This document shows, one piece after another, positions 25,467 to 37,953 of a stretch of DNA of 64,000 nt (positions within the stretch are counted from its first letter, which is position 1; the number at the start of each line of letters is the position of its first letter). Location: positions 24,061,758-24,125,757 of the forward strand of contig NC_068999.1 of NCBI RefSeq assembly GCF_001194135.2, given 5' to 3'. The position numbers were made by a program, and so were the translations under genes. This stretch comes from Octopus bimaculoides. Its lineage: Eukaryota. Below the pieces are notes generated by a model. It had not been told where the DNA came from. It ran no database searches and was given only the letters and a program-made list of their open reading frames with translations.

Positions 25467-26404
25467 TATATAAAATGTATACACACTCACACACATATGC
25501 AGGTGTGTTTTGTGTTTGTGTCTCTGTATAAAATTAAACATAGCTGACTTATTTCCCATAGGGTTTTAATGTTTTTAAAATAATAGCATATTTATAAGAA
25601 TCAAATTGCTGTCATAAATTTCCCAGAGATATACCATTATTATACTATACTGGTATAATACTACTATTATTGGTCAATGTACACAGTCACTTTATGTCAT
25701 TTCATTTGATGTATCCCCAATAGCTATGATGACATTTGAAGACCAAAAAGAAAAAGTTTCATCAGTTAATATATTAGATCATTGAATGTTTTTACCTTGC
25801 TACGTTCCTTCTTTGGAAGTTTTCTGTTTGATGTCAGTTTGAAATCAAAGTGCTTTTGACAATATTTTGACAGTATTACACCTGATTATGGTATTTCATA
25901 TAGTTATAGTGTATTAATTGTAAATTGAATTATAACAGGCTTTTAAAACATTTTGTCACATTTCAGGATATATTTTCTTCTGTCAGTTTTAATATTCAAT
26001 CTTTTATAATTCCTCTAATATCAACAATCCTAATAGAGTTCTTCTCATTCTTCTCATAAAAGGAAATCTTAAAAGAGAGAGAATTCTGATGAGTAATAAA
26101 CAGTGTCACTTGACATAATCCTAGTTCTTGTCAGATAACTTGTGACAGAAGATGACATTAACTACTATTATTGAATGCAAGTTATTGGAATACATTTCAC
26201 TTGCTTCTGTTCTGTTTGAGTTGTCTTCTCAGTTGCAGAATGTCAGGTCTGGAATGTTTTTAATTCCACAATTAAAATCTTAAGAAAACTTAAAAAGAAC
26301 TGTTAATAAATATTTTTATTGATAATTAATAAATAAATAATCTTTTATTAATTAATGATTATAAAACTTCATCCAAAAATATATTGATAAAATATTCTTT
26401 TCTA

Positions 26405-26600
26405 CTCTAGGCACAAGGCCCAAAATTTTTGGGGAGGGGACCAATCGATTAGATTGACCCCAGTATGCAACTGGTACTTAATTTATCGACCCTGAAAGAA
26501 TGAAAGGCAAAGTCAACCGTGGTGGAATTTGAACTCAGAATGTAAAGATAGACGAAATGCCACTAAACATTTCACCTGATGTGCTAACGTTTCTGCCAGA
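26405..26600 (-). mobile_element. SINE C copy
   Basis: Reverse complement of the family C body (TCTACTCTAGGCACAAGGCCC..GAAAGGCAAAGTCAACC..GAACTCAGAA). Confidence 0.85.
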
Positions 26601-27002
26601 GGTTGATAAAATATTGTTGATATCATAAGAATTTTATAAACTTTTGAGAGAACATGAAATAATTTTTTTTGCAACATTGGATCTCAAAGCACATAAAGCT
26701 AGAAATCTATCCAAAAGGGGTTTTCAACCCAATATTTACATGCTATTATTTAAAGCTTTATTGCTTTGAGATTCTCTGTTCCAAAAAGAATTATTGTTTA
26801 TATTATATAGGTAAGGCAAAAAATCTAAGCTTTAAGTACATCTGCTTATTCCGGTATTACAATCCAGAATGTAGTTGTTGTCATTGTTGTATTGATGTGA
26901 GGTACATATTAAAGTTGAAAATTATGGAAATATTCTTTGCAGAATTTTTATATAACAAAACAGGAATCTGGAAAATCTTTTGGTATTATTTATTCACCAT
27001 TA

Positions 27003-27368
27003 AAGGCGGCGAACTGGTAGAAATGTTAGCACACTGGGCGAAATGCTTAGTGGTATGTCGTCTGTCTTTATGTTCTGAGTTCAAATTCCGCCCAGGTCGA
27101 CTTTACCTTTCATCCCTTCTGGTTTGATAAATTAAGTACCAGTTGCGACTGGCCCTCTCTCCAAAAATTTCGGGCCTTGTGCTTAGAGTAGAAAAGAGTC
27201 AGTAGCATGTTGGACAAAATGCTTAGCAGCATTTCATCTGTTTTATATTCTGAGTTCAAATTTTGCCGAGGTTGAATTTGCTTTTCATCCTTTCAGGGTT
27301 GATTGACTGTAATCAACTATCCCCCATCCCCCAAAATTGCTGGCCTTGGGCCAAAATTTGAAACCATA
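27003..27368 (+). mobile_element. Two SINE C copies in tandem (first young, second internally deleted)
   Basis: GGCGGCGAACTGGTAGAAATGTTAGCAC head. The second copy starts immediately after the first tail. Confidence 0.85.
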
Positions 27369-27529
27369 ATTTCGTCACCATTAGACTTGTTTCATTGGTT
27401 AATAGGAATCACAAAATTGTACATGTTGGATATACATATAAGAAATTTCCTATTAGAAATTCTTCTGATAGAGAATCAAACAATATAAAATTTAAAACTT
27501 AAAATTTTGTACTCTTAAACGTTTGTGAA

Positions 27530-28060
27530 ACTTGGATTTTGTATCATCGCAATATCAAGAAACTCGAGCAAGTTCATCAATTGAATCTTTGATCTTTCTT
27601 GAAAAGCCAGAGCATCAAATCCCTAATCATCAAACATTACCTTCGATGGGCTGGCTATGTCACCAGGATGAATGATAAACAACTTTTTTGTCAAATCTTC
27701 TTCAGCGAACTGACGACTGGGAAAAAAAAAGAGGAGCTCCCTTTTCAATACTATAAAGATCAGCTAAAGTCAATTCTGAAGCTTCAACCCCTGGTTTTTC
27801 AAGACAATCATAACCAACCATCCTGATTACTGACAAAACATAAAAAGTAACATGATATTGTTTCAAAGAGAAAGAATAAGAGAAGAGGAGGAGAGAGAGT
27901 AGCAGCAGAAGGCCAAACAGCAGTAACCATTACCAACTCCAACACCCACATGTAGCTGATGCAATTGTGTGTTCTACATTTGCCACTGGCATTAATGGTC
28001 CAAATGTTCTTCCAGGAGAAGAAATTAATCCTCAGATTCAAGGGACAAGCCAACAAGAAG
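27530..28060 (+). mobile_element. RTE (BovB-like) C-terminal relic
   Basis: SIKSLIIKHYLRWAGYVTRMNDKQLFCQIFFSELTTGKK...YKDQLKSILK (cf. LRWAGHVVRM.D.RLPKQIFYGEL..GKR..RYKD.LK). A decayed terminal C2H2-like motif lies near 27950. Confidence 0.75.
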
Positions 28061-28232
28061 ATGGAATGAACAGGCTTAAATCCAAACACAACATTTGTTT
28101 CTGTGCATTGGCAACAGTTGTTAATTGCTGAATATTTCACATATTTGAGGAGTCTTGAAATGCATATTATAAGGTTATTTCTCAGATGATATTAAATATA
28201 TATGTGTGTATGTGTGTGTGTGTGTGTGTGTG

Positions 28233-28270
<38 letters not shown>

Positions 28271-28439
28271 CTTTTTCAGAACATTGTATCTTAACGCATA
28301 TAAAGCTATAAATAGTAGCATGTAAATATATATTAATATATGAGAATGAAAACTTGACCCAATAAATGGTTAATTCAATAGCATTTACTTCTGAGATTAA
28401 GTAACAAAAATGATAGTCATTTTATCATCTTCATAAGAT

Positions 28440-28493
28440 CTTCTTCCCGCAACGAGGAAGGAACCAGACTGCTGGAGTTCTGTGATGCAACCG
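28440..28493 (+). mobile_element. RTE APE-domain sliver abutting a gap
   Basis: RNEEGTRLLEFCDAT resembles the RTE EN motif RN.EG.RLLEFC. Confidence 0.6.
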
Positions 28494-28680
28494 NNNNNNN
28501 NNNNNNNNNNNNNNNNNNNNNNNNNNNNNNNNNNNNNNNNNNNNNNNNNNNNNNNNNNNNNNNNNNNNNNNNNNNNNNNNNNNNNNNNNNNNNGTATGTA
28601 TATATAGATATGTATATATATATGTATATATGTATGTATATATAGATATGTATATGTATGTATATAGGTGTATATATATG

Positions 28681-28730
<50 letters not shown>

Positions 28731-30384
28731 GGTGTATGTATGTATATATATATATATATGTATGTATGTACGTAGGTGTATGTATGCATATAGGTGTATA
28801 TATATATGTGTGTGTGTATATAATTGTGGTTTATATACATTTATACATATATAATATTATGGTTGATATGCATGTATTCATTTATGTATGTATGTATGAT
28901 TACAATATTGATTTTTGTTTTTATTCAAATGGTTGATAATTGAATATAAACATTGAGTTGACAATAAAAAAGTAATGCTCTAACTTATCTGTCTTCCAGA
29001 ACATTCCTGTTGTAATAAAATAAAAGAGGATAAAGTAAAAATAAGATATTGATTGTGCAAAGGAAAGTGATTGGGGAAAGAGGGGAGATAGATAGATAGA
29101 TAAATAGATAGATAGAGAGAGAGATGATACTTTAAGCCTCCAGCATCAACCTATAATTTGATCTCATTTACTCATCTTGTAGTTTAGCTCTTGCTTAGTT
29201 TTAAGGATGGAGATATAACTCTTAATTTGAAGAACAATGTCTATTATGATTTATACAGTTCTTACATCTATTATTATGATATCATTATATAACTTGCATG
29301 GTCTTTTTTTATTATTATTAGAAATGTATCTTATAACAAACTGGAGAGCAATTATATATGACCTATAGCTTGTTAACTGGTCTTTCAGTCATACTTCTTA
29401 TAGACTTATAGAGACTTGAAAATGTTTCAGGAGATAGTTACCATTATATGATGCTTAAACCACACTTCAACACAACTCATAAAAAAAGCAAAAACAAAAA
29501 AAACAAGAACCTAAAAAAAGGCTTTTTCCAGAGTGAAAAGTTCCTCCCACTCATTAGGAAAATGAAGAGATTGACTAAAATACTAGCAGCAGCTTCACTC
29601 ATCAGTAGTAACATTGCTTGAACTAAACATACATCATCTCCATAACATCATCAATAAAGGGCTGCAGAAAATATTCAGCACAGCCCAAACTCATTTGCCA
29701 ACAAACAGCACAAATGTTTCTTGGTTCATTGATTGACCAAAACATCATTCTCCACATTGATGCCAAACATTCTACAGTACTGAAGCAGATCAATGAAGAC
29801 AACACCCCAATATATCCCTGACTAATTTTTGGCACATTTGTCATCATAACAGAAAAAAATATATATCATATTTGATGGCATATATAACATGCATATTTTC
29901 CAAAACAATATCTCAAAAAAATCACCCTGGGTCCCATATGCAAAGTTAGATCTATATTACATGCTATAATGCACTAAAATTTCTTTTCTTGAAATTGTAA
30001 TGCACCTAATAAGCCTGTGCATCTTTTATACTATGAAATATGATAAACACTACTTGGCAGTTGGTCCCAATCTCCTCTAACTCTGAACCTGGACAAATTT
30101 GTGAGATTTATGGGCTATATATCAAACATTTTCTATCTCAGTTTTTCAAAAACAAAAATCATTTACTTTCTGTAAACTAACAAATGATTTGTTTCAGGTA
30201 CAGGCTCAGCTATTTCCTGACGAAGGAATATAATTTTGAAGAGAAATTGTAGAAATACACACACACACACACAAGGTGCATAAGATATTTGAGGACAGAT
30301 TTATGTTTATAAGAAAATTAGACATATAATAACAGATAATAACTTTATTATCAAAAAGTGCTATTAAGATAAAAATAAATCTCC

Positions 30385-30673
30385 TTTTCTATAATGTTAT
30401 TCAATAAAGTCACCTTCAGCTTCAACTACTGCTTCTATATGAGATCTAAATCATCTACATGCTCAAATCAAGTGGTCTTGGTTCATTTTGGACGTTACTC
30501 TGAATATGGTGGCTTTCAAAGAATCTTTGGTATTATGGGCTTGTTCATTGACCTCACTCTCATCAATGTTCCACACATAATAGTCCAATGGATTGAGATC
30601 TGGAGAATTAGGAGGCCAAATGTTAGGGGTTAGGGGATCATGAAAATTTCCAGCCATCCATTCCTGTGTTACT
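30385..30673 (-). mobile_element. Tc1/mariner transposase C-terminal fragment
   Basis: RVTQEWMAGNFHDPLTPNIWPPNSPDLNPLDYYVW contains the WPPxSPDLNPLDY signature. Confidence 0.9.
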
Positions 30674-30739
30674 CAGGAATGGATGGCTGGAAAAAAATAT
30701 AATAATTATTGAGTTTGATCCATTCAACTAAGGTTCAAA

Positions 30740-31800
30740 CACAGATGACATATGCTTTGACTTCAGCAAGCCCTGACAGAGTCAACAACAACTTTGTTGA
30801 AAAAAATAAAAAATAGTAATACAATAATGGAGTCCATGTTGAACTACTACACTGGATTTAATATTTCCTGGTATGTAGAATCCATCATATGATCAATGGA
30901 TTCTATTTAAACCTTACTAATGTCATTAGTTACATCCTTCAAGGTACTGTGTTGAGTCCATTTCTCTTCAAAAGTTATACATCATCATCATCATTTAATG
31001 TCCATTTTCCATGGTTTTTCTGGCTGGATACTTTTTCTAACATCAGCCATTTTAGAGTGTACTGGGTGCTTTTACATGGCACTGGCCTGGGCGCTTTTAC
31101 ATGGTACTGGCCAGATGCTTTTTATGTGGCACCAGCACCCATGCGCCCACAAGATTAGAATCACTTACCTGAAGGGGGATGTAGGGGACATATCTGTATG
31201 CAAGGACAGCCACGATTTTACTTAGCTTGCATTATCCCCTCTGTGAAGCTCAGTGTCTGAAGATTCTTTCTCACCACTTCATTCCATGTCTTACTATCCT
31301 CTCCACACGTTCCATCCACAGTTAGAGACTGGCACTTCTTGATGCAACTGTCCTCATCCATATGCAAATAAGCATAAAAAATTTCATCAAGCTTAGCAAA
31401 ATAAAATGTTTTTGTAGATGAGACTAAACTTTAGAAAGTTATCAACAGAGTGCGTGACTGAACAAAACTCCAATCTAAGCTGTAATTTAATAAATAATTT
31501 AATGTATACTGTAATTTAATGGGCAAAACAAAACTATATACTGCCAAATGAGGTAAAATTTGAGCTCAACCTCTTTGGAAATAAGGATGTACATAAATAG
31601 CCATATTCTTTTGCATTAGGGCAATGTTTCTGACAATGTCAAAAACTTGGATTAATTGTCAACAACAATCTCAATTGAAGCACCCCTGTCAACAATGAAT
31701 TCCATGCCTCATAGGATGAACTTTTGAACCCAAAACTTTTCAGTTCAAAGATTCAAGTATCATCATCCTTCAGTTACTCTACTTTTTGTGTAGTCTTATC
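30740..31800 (+). mobile_element. CR1-type LINE RT relic split by an RTE-tail insertion (~30980-31365, minus strand)
   Basis: DDICFDFSKP*..LHWI..ILQGTVLSPFLF before the insert. FVDETKL..KLQSKL and VKNLGLIVNNNL follow it. Confidence 0.7.
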
Positions 31801-31859
31801 TAGAATGCTGTTGCTTCCTTTTGTTTCCCTATACAATGCAAAGCACATTGTGACCAGCA

Positions 31860-32590
31860 ATGTGTAACAGCATCTGATAGTCTGGTCGGTCACATGATCA
31901 CATCACATGATGTGATGCAAAAGATAATATTATGGGGATCTTTGTAGTTTTCATCACTTTACAATTTTGTTCCAATTGTTTTCAAATTTGGTATATGGAT
32001 GAAGTTTTGTATACTAATTATGAAAATAAAATTCATTTCCCCTATAAATCCATAATTAAAAAGTTATTAGCCTTTAAAATTTGCAAAATTTGGGTATTTT
32101 AGCCAATCAGAAATATTTTACACATCACCGTGGTGGAGAACTCTGTTTCCATAGTAACCAAAGCAAAGAAGCACCACATGTTCCATAACTGATCATGAAG
32201 AACTGTTTCCATAGTAACCAAAGATGCTGTGCATGCACACAAGGAGTGTAACCCCCACATGTTCTATAACACTGGGCAACAAAAAATCCTTTTTTGTCTG
32301 GTGCCTGGAATATTTCGGTGGAATATTTCAATGAATTCTTAAGTGATTTTTCCTGATAAATTCAAAAATAACTTCAATCTTTCTCTATCAGGTCTAGTTT
32401 TCTGATTAGACCTGATAGAGTATTTTATTTATACAAGAGGCATATAACACTAGGCAACAAAAAATTTTTTAGTCTGGTGCCTTCAATATTTCAACGAATT
32501 CTTGAGTGATTTTACCTGCTAAATTAAAAAAATAACTTCAGTTTTTCTCTATCAGGTCTAGTTTTCTGACTAAACCTGATAGAGTAAGTA
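31860..32590. mobile_element. Non-autonomous DNA element-like region with a duplicated ~160-bp hairpin-terminated module
   Basis: Modules at ~32265-32422 and ~32442-32586 each end in CTCTATCAGGTCTA-N10-TA(G/A)ACCTGATAGAG. Superfamily not established. Confidence 0.55.
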
Positions 32591-33200
32591 TTAAGTCAAC
32601 CTTGGCAGAATTTGACCTCAGAATGTAATGGCAGACGAATTACCGCTAAGCATTTCACCTGGCGTACTAACGCTTCTGCCTGCTTGCCGCCTTAAACATA
32701 CCCAGATATGTTTCTGCCAACAACAACCCCTGCCTATTCCAATGGACCATAGTGTCCCAAAAATTGACCTAAAATACTTCATCAAGTGGAGCTGTTGGGT
32801 TAGGCATGGTTTGAGCCATTTAAATTTATATTTTTTTAGTGATGTATTAAAAAATTTTTTTTCATTTTCATATTTTGAGGGAAAGTTATCATCATCATCA
32901 TCATCATCATTATCATCATTTAACATCCATGTTCCATGTTGTCATGGGTTGGATAGTTTGACAAGATCTGATGGGTCCAAGGATTGCATTGTGCTCTAGT
33001 GCCTGCTTTGGCATGGTTTTTATGGCTGGATGCCTTTCCTAACATCAACCACTCTACAGTATGTACTGGAAGCTATTTTATTTCTTTTGTGTTACCAGCA
33101 CTGGTGAAGTGCATGCAGCTTGCAAGACTGAAAACCCAGATGGGGTGTGGCTTTATGCCAGAAAATGAGGAGTTAAAGTATGATAGAAAAAGTAGAATAG
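32590..33200 (-). mobile_element. SINE C fragment (32590-32700) and RTE tail relic (32885-33200)
   Basis: Reverse-complement matches to the family C head and to the RTE (GAT)n tail. Confidence 0.75.
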
Positions 33201-33934
33201 GTTTCTTGCTGTAAAACAGCTAGATGACTACTGACACTTAGAAGAGAAAGCTGGAATGATTGGTTGGAGCTGGAAAGGTGTCCCATAAAGATGAGCAGAA
33301 GTGAGGACAGATTGAAGATCTAAGAGTGTGAGTGGATGGAGGTTGCAAGAGTGTACTGGGGAGTGAGAGAGGTGGAATATGGGTGATGGGAAGGGAGGCT
33401 GGTAGCAACTGTAAAGATTAGGTGGGGGTTGAGGGGTGAATGTAGTGACTGGTGAATAAGGAGTGAGGAATGACCAATGATACATGAGTTTGGGGGTAGG
33501 AAGGTACAGGAGAAAGTGGTGGGGAAGGTTCAGCAGAATAGTAATGGTGATACAGTAGACAGGGGAAGGATGAGAGAGTGAGAAAACATGTGGTGGGTAA
33601 GTTGCAAGAGTGGCGTGGGATGGTGGTGGGGGAGAGATATAGAAGCAAGTATAGTGCATGAGGAAAGTGAGAGATGTTTGGTGAGTGGGAACGAAAGATA
33701 ATTTGATGGCTCAAGCTGTGGGTGGGTGATCAATGTAAAATGTGAGTAGAGAGAGCAGTATTAATGGATGAAAAATGAACAAGTGAAATAGTTCTGGGGA
33801 GCAAGAAAAATAAATGGTAACAAGGGAGAGTTGCAGTTAGAGAGATAATGTAGTGGTAAGGAATTTGAAGAAGAAATTGGGTAACAAGCCCATTTGTACA
33901 TTTAACACTGAAATATTGTTTGCATAAGTATAGA

Positions 33935-34088
33935 TGTTGCCAAGTATTAAGAAGTTTGCTTCCCAACTACATGGTTCTAGGTTCAGTCCCATTGTGTAAC
34001 ACCTTGGGCAAGTGTCTTCTACCAAAAACACTTGCCCAACCAAAACTTTGTGAGTGGATTTGGTTGATAAACATTGAAAGATGCCTGT

Positions 34089-34136
<48 letters not shown>

Positions 34137-34625
34137 CATGCATATGTGTGTATGTGTATATGTGTGTGTGTCTCTCCTACTAACACTTGACAACCAGTGT
34201 TGGTTTGTTTTCATCCTTGTAACTTAGCAGTTTGGTAAAAAGAGAGTGATAGAATAAGTACCAGGATTTAAAACAAGAAAATTGCAGCAAAGCTGCATGA
34301 TAGTGATGTCAGACCATCATATAACTTGTTTTATTCTCCTCTTCCTTTTTGTTTTGACATGCGAATTGCATTTTTATTCTTCTTTTCCATTTTAGGACTT
34401 CAGTGTGCACATGTGCATTGCATGTTCATACTTCATTTTTCAGTTCCTATTCAAACCTGTTTATATATTACAACCATCTCACAAATGTGCATTCGTGAAA
34501 AGCGCTTTGTGTTCCAATGGTTGTGGAAAAAATAAGCATTGAGGTTCAGTGCACTTGACTAAATCCCTCCAGGTAATATTCCAGTATAGCCATAGTCCAA
34601 TGACTGAAACAAGTAAAAGAAATGG
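33935..34625 (+). mobile_element. SINE family A copy, tail interrupted at ~34275-34545
   Basis: Head, (TG)n and the first half of the tail; the tail resumes at GACTAAATCCC..AATGACTGAAACAAGTAAAAG. Confidence 0.75.
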
Positions 34626-34741
34626 GACAGCACACCTGTAACACACTCAAATGTTATACACTGCATAGCAAAACATTATCTAGCAGATGAGAAAAAAGAT
34701 TCACTCACCAACATTCTACAGCCAACAACATATTAATGTAT

Positions 34742-34925
34742 TGTGTCCTCCCCCTCTCTCCTACTCCCTCTCCCCTCTCCCCAGATCTCCCTCTCCCNNN
34801 NNNNNNNNNNNNNNNNNNNNNNNNNNNNNNNNTCCCCAGCTCTCCCTCTCCCCTCTCCCCAGCTCTCCCTCTCCCCTCTCCCCAGCTCTCCCTCTCCCTT
34901 CTCCCCAGCTCTCCCTCTCCCCCTC
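34742..34925. repeat. 23-bp C/T-rich minisatellite (CCCCAGCTCTCCCTCTCCCCTCT)n spanning a gap
   Basis: At least 4 visible units after the gap, with similar units before it. Confidence 0.9.
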
Positions 34926-36594
34926 TTTCTTTAAACAAGTGTATTTAATGGCCCTCCTCTTCCATCTGATATCCTTTCTTTTCCTCTCACTTATTGTCTC
35001 CATTGTTGCTTATCCTAAAACTTCTTGCTAAACATTTCCCTCAATATTTTCTCTCCCAAACTGCCATATTTCTTATCCATATATTTGCTATGGATGTTCA
35101 AGCTGAACATCAAAACCCATTAATCTCATTAGTTTAGGAGGGCTCCTCCTTGGGATATCATCTACATATATATATAAAAAGAGAAATTATTAGATTTAAA
35201 CTAGCACCAGGCATTGATTAGCTCATTGTTCAGTTTCTTATATGGCAATTTGATATCACTTTCTCCAAGGAATGCTGTTGTATCATCATCAGAATGGACC
35301 AGATCTAAATTGATAGCTTTGTGCATATCATTTATGTAATTCTTAAGTAATTTTGGAATATTGAACTATAGGGTACACCATGAGATATAGCAGTTTCAAG
35401 AGATCAGAGGTTATCCAGCTATAGATGATGCGTTTTATATGCAACATAATTTTTATCTGTCATGCCCAGTATACGGTAACACTGTGAAGTTAAGGTTAGC
35501 ATTTAATGATCTATGTTAACAGAAGTTTCTTTTTTCAGGTCTAGGAATATTACAGCAGCAATTTTACATTTATGCTATTTTATCTAGAAGCTGGAGAATA
35601 AATATGGTAGCTGAATTCCGTTTCTTGAAGCTGATATAAGATATTGAACAATAGGAAATATTTTGTTTGATTTGTAATATATTTTTGAAGCTTTGAAAAA
35701 AAAATCATGTGATTCAATAGATATTGAAGTTTTACTTCCCTCCTCATTTTTAACATCAGAGTAAGTTTAACATACTGCATATGTCAACAGGTATATATGT
35801 TACAGTCTGAATATCATGATCAGTACTGGAACTGAAAAGAAACTGCTTTCTTTATGGTATTAAATGAAATGCTATGGCAATTATGGAAACCAAAGTGATG
35901 TTTTTCTCTATGGTGGCAAAGGAGGAGTTGAACTATATGGCTATTTAATCATCTGCTTAGATCTGTTTGAAATATATTGAAAGGTCTTTAATCATTTATG
36001 GTTACTGCTTGCAGGATTTATATTTTTGTTTAAACCAACTCTACAGCAAAACTGTGTCAGGTTCAGTAACAAATATGTGAAGTAAGTTTCCATGACTTTG
36101 TGTCAAGCTCATTTGAGACTCCATCAATGTATGAATTTGATATGTTTGAGATATGCTTTCAAATCTAATTCACTATGAGTTCTGTAGTCTTGATTATTTA
36201 AGTTTATCTCTTTGCTTATGTACCAAAGTGATCTGAAATTTCTACTACTAGTTATGTCAGATGAGTACTTACAGAATGAAATGGTAGCTTCATCTCCAAG
36301 AAAGTAATTTCATTCTCTACCATACTCTTCAAGAATTATATATATATAACTAGCCAGATTGCTATCTTTGTCTGCCTACATACACATGCAACTTGTGTAA
36401 CAATTTTGTTTTACTTTCCACAATGTGGTTATAATTATATCAAGAACTAGGATTAAGAAATAATAAAACACAGAGAAATGCCTTTTCAGTTATGTGCTTT
36501 TGTATTTAAGTTCAAATCTTGCAGGAGCCTTTCCAGGTGTCAGTTTGATCTACTATAAACTCTCTTCCCCATCATGTAAATATGTGGTTTGTAC

Positions 36595-37388
36595 CAATGT
36601 ATGAAATTTGAAGCCAGTATGCTCCGTTGGATGTGTAATGTCAATGTGAATACCCGTCAGAGTGTAAGTATCTTGAGAGAAAAGCTGAACATTAGAAGCA
36701 TCAGTTGTGGCGTGCAAGAGAGACGATTGCGCTGGTATGGACATGTGGTGAGAATGGAGGAGGATAGCTGCGTGAAAAANNNNNNNNNNNNNNNNNNNNN
36801 NNNNNNNNNNNNNNNNNNNNNNNNNNNNNNNNNNNNNNNNNNNNNNNNNNNNNNNNNNNNNNNNNNNNNNNNNNNNNNNNNNNNNNNNNNNNNNNNNNNN
36901 NNNNNNNNNNNNNNNNNNNNNNNNNNNNNNNNNNNNNNNNNNNNNNNNNNNNNNNNNNNNNNNNNNNNNNNNNNNNNNNNNNNNNNNNNNNNNNNNNNNN
37001 NNNNNNNNNNNNNNNNNNNNNNNNNNNNNNNNNNNNNNNNNNNNNNNNNNNNNNNNNNNNNNNNNNNNNNNNNNNNNNNNNNNNNNNNNNNNNNNNNNNN
37101 NNNNNNNNNNNNNNNNNNNNNNNNNNNNNNNNNNNNNNNNNNNNNNNNNNNNNNNNNNNNNNNNNNNGGCACATAAAAGACACCATTTCGAGCGTGGCCG
37201 TTTTCGTGCGGGTGACACGTAAAAGCACCCACTACACTCTCTGAGTGGTTGGCGTTAGGAAGGGCATCCAGCTGTAGAAACTCTGCCAAATCAGACTGGA
37301 GCCTGGTGTTGCCATCCGGTTTCACCAGTCCTCAGTCAAATCGTCCAACCCATGCTAGCATGGAAAGCGGACGTTAAACGATGATGAT
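36595..37388 (+). mobile_element. Young 5'-truncated RTE LINE (gap 36780-37168)
   Basis: FEASMLRWMCNVNVNTRQSVSILREKLNIRSISCGVQERRLRWYGHVVRMEEDSCVK; CpG-rich 3' UTR; tail GGACGTTAAACGATGATGATG. Confidence 0.92.
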
Positions 37389-37953
37389 GAAATGCAAGTA
37401 GACTGAAACATGGTCAATGTAATGATAAAGAGATCAATGTGGATAGAACAGTAGGGGTTTACAATAATTCAGGAAATTCTCACACAACTTGGGCTTTCAA
37501 AAGAATTTTCAAAAATTAAGAAATTTACATGTATGATCTAATAACAATTTGAATCAGCTCCATGCAACTTAAATTTCAGACTATTCCCCACCACACACAC
37601 AAACACATTCGCACATATGTTTGTATTATATGTACATGTATATAATGTAATAAAACCCTTGAGATTTAGTAGACACTTTCACTTTAGTAAATGTATAATT
37701 TACTTTGTCAGTGCACAATTTCTGTTGTTATATGTCATTAGTTACTAATGTAAACAGCAACTTATATGTTTTATATTCTTCTTCTCTCTTGGTACAAAGC
37801 CTAAGTTTTCTAATATAGAAATCAAATTGATCTCAAAATATTTAATTACTCATTTTATTGAGTTGGAAAAGATTCATCCCAGCTGGATTTAAATTTTGAA
37901 CTTAGAAAAATGAACGATGATGACCTTTGATGCGGTTTAACAACCAACCCCAA

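Noticed and set aside
26669-27127. 152-aa ORF
   Set aside because: The C-terminal third is SINE C sequence, it has a TTG start, and no motif was recognised.
29560-29860. Possible APE-domain relic
   Set aside because: The motif resemblance is too faint to assign.
33228-33966. Overlapping Pro/Ser/Leu/His-rich minus-strand ORFs (similar at 62385-62606)
   Set aside because: Pyrimidine-rich low-complexity strand that is naturally poor in stop codons. No domain recognised.
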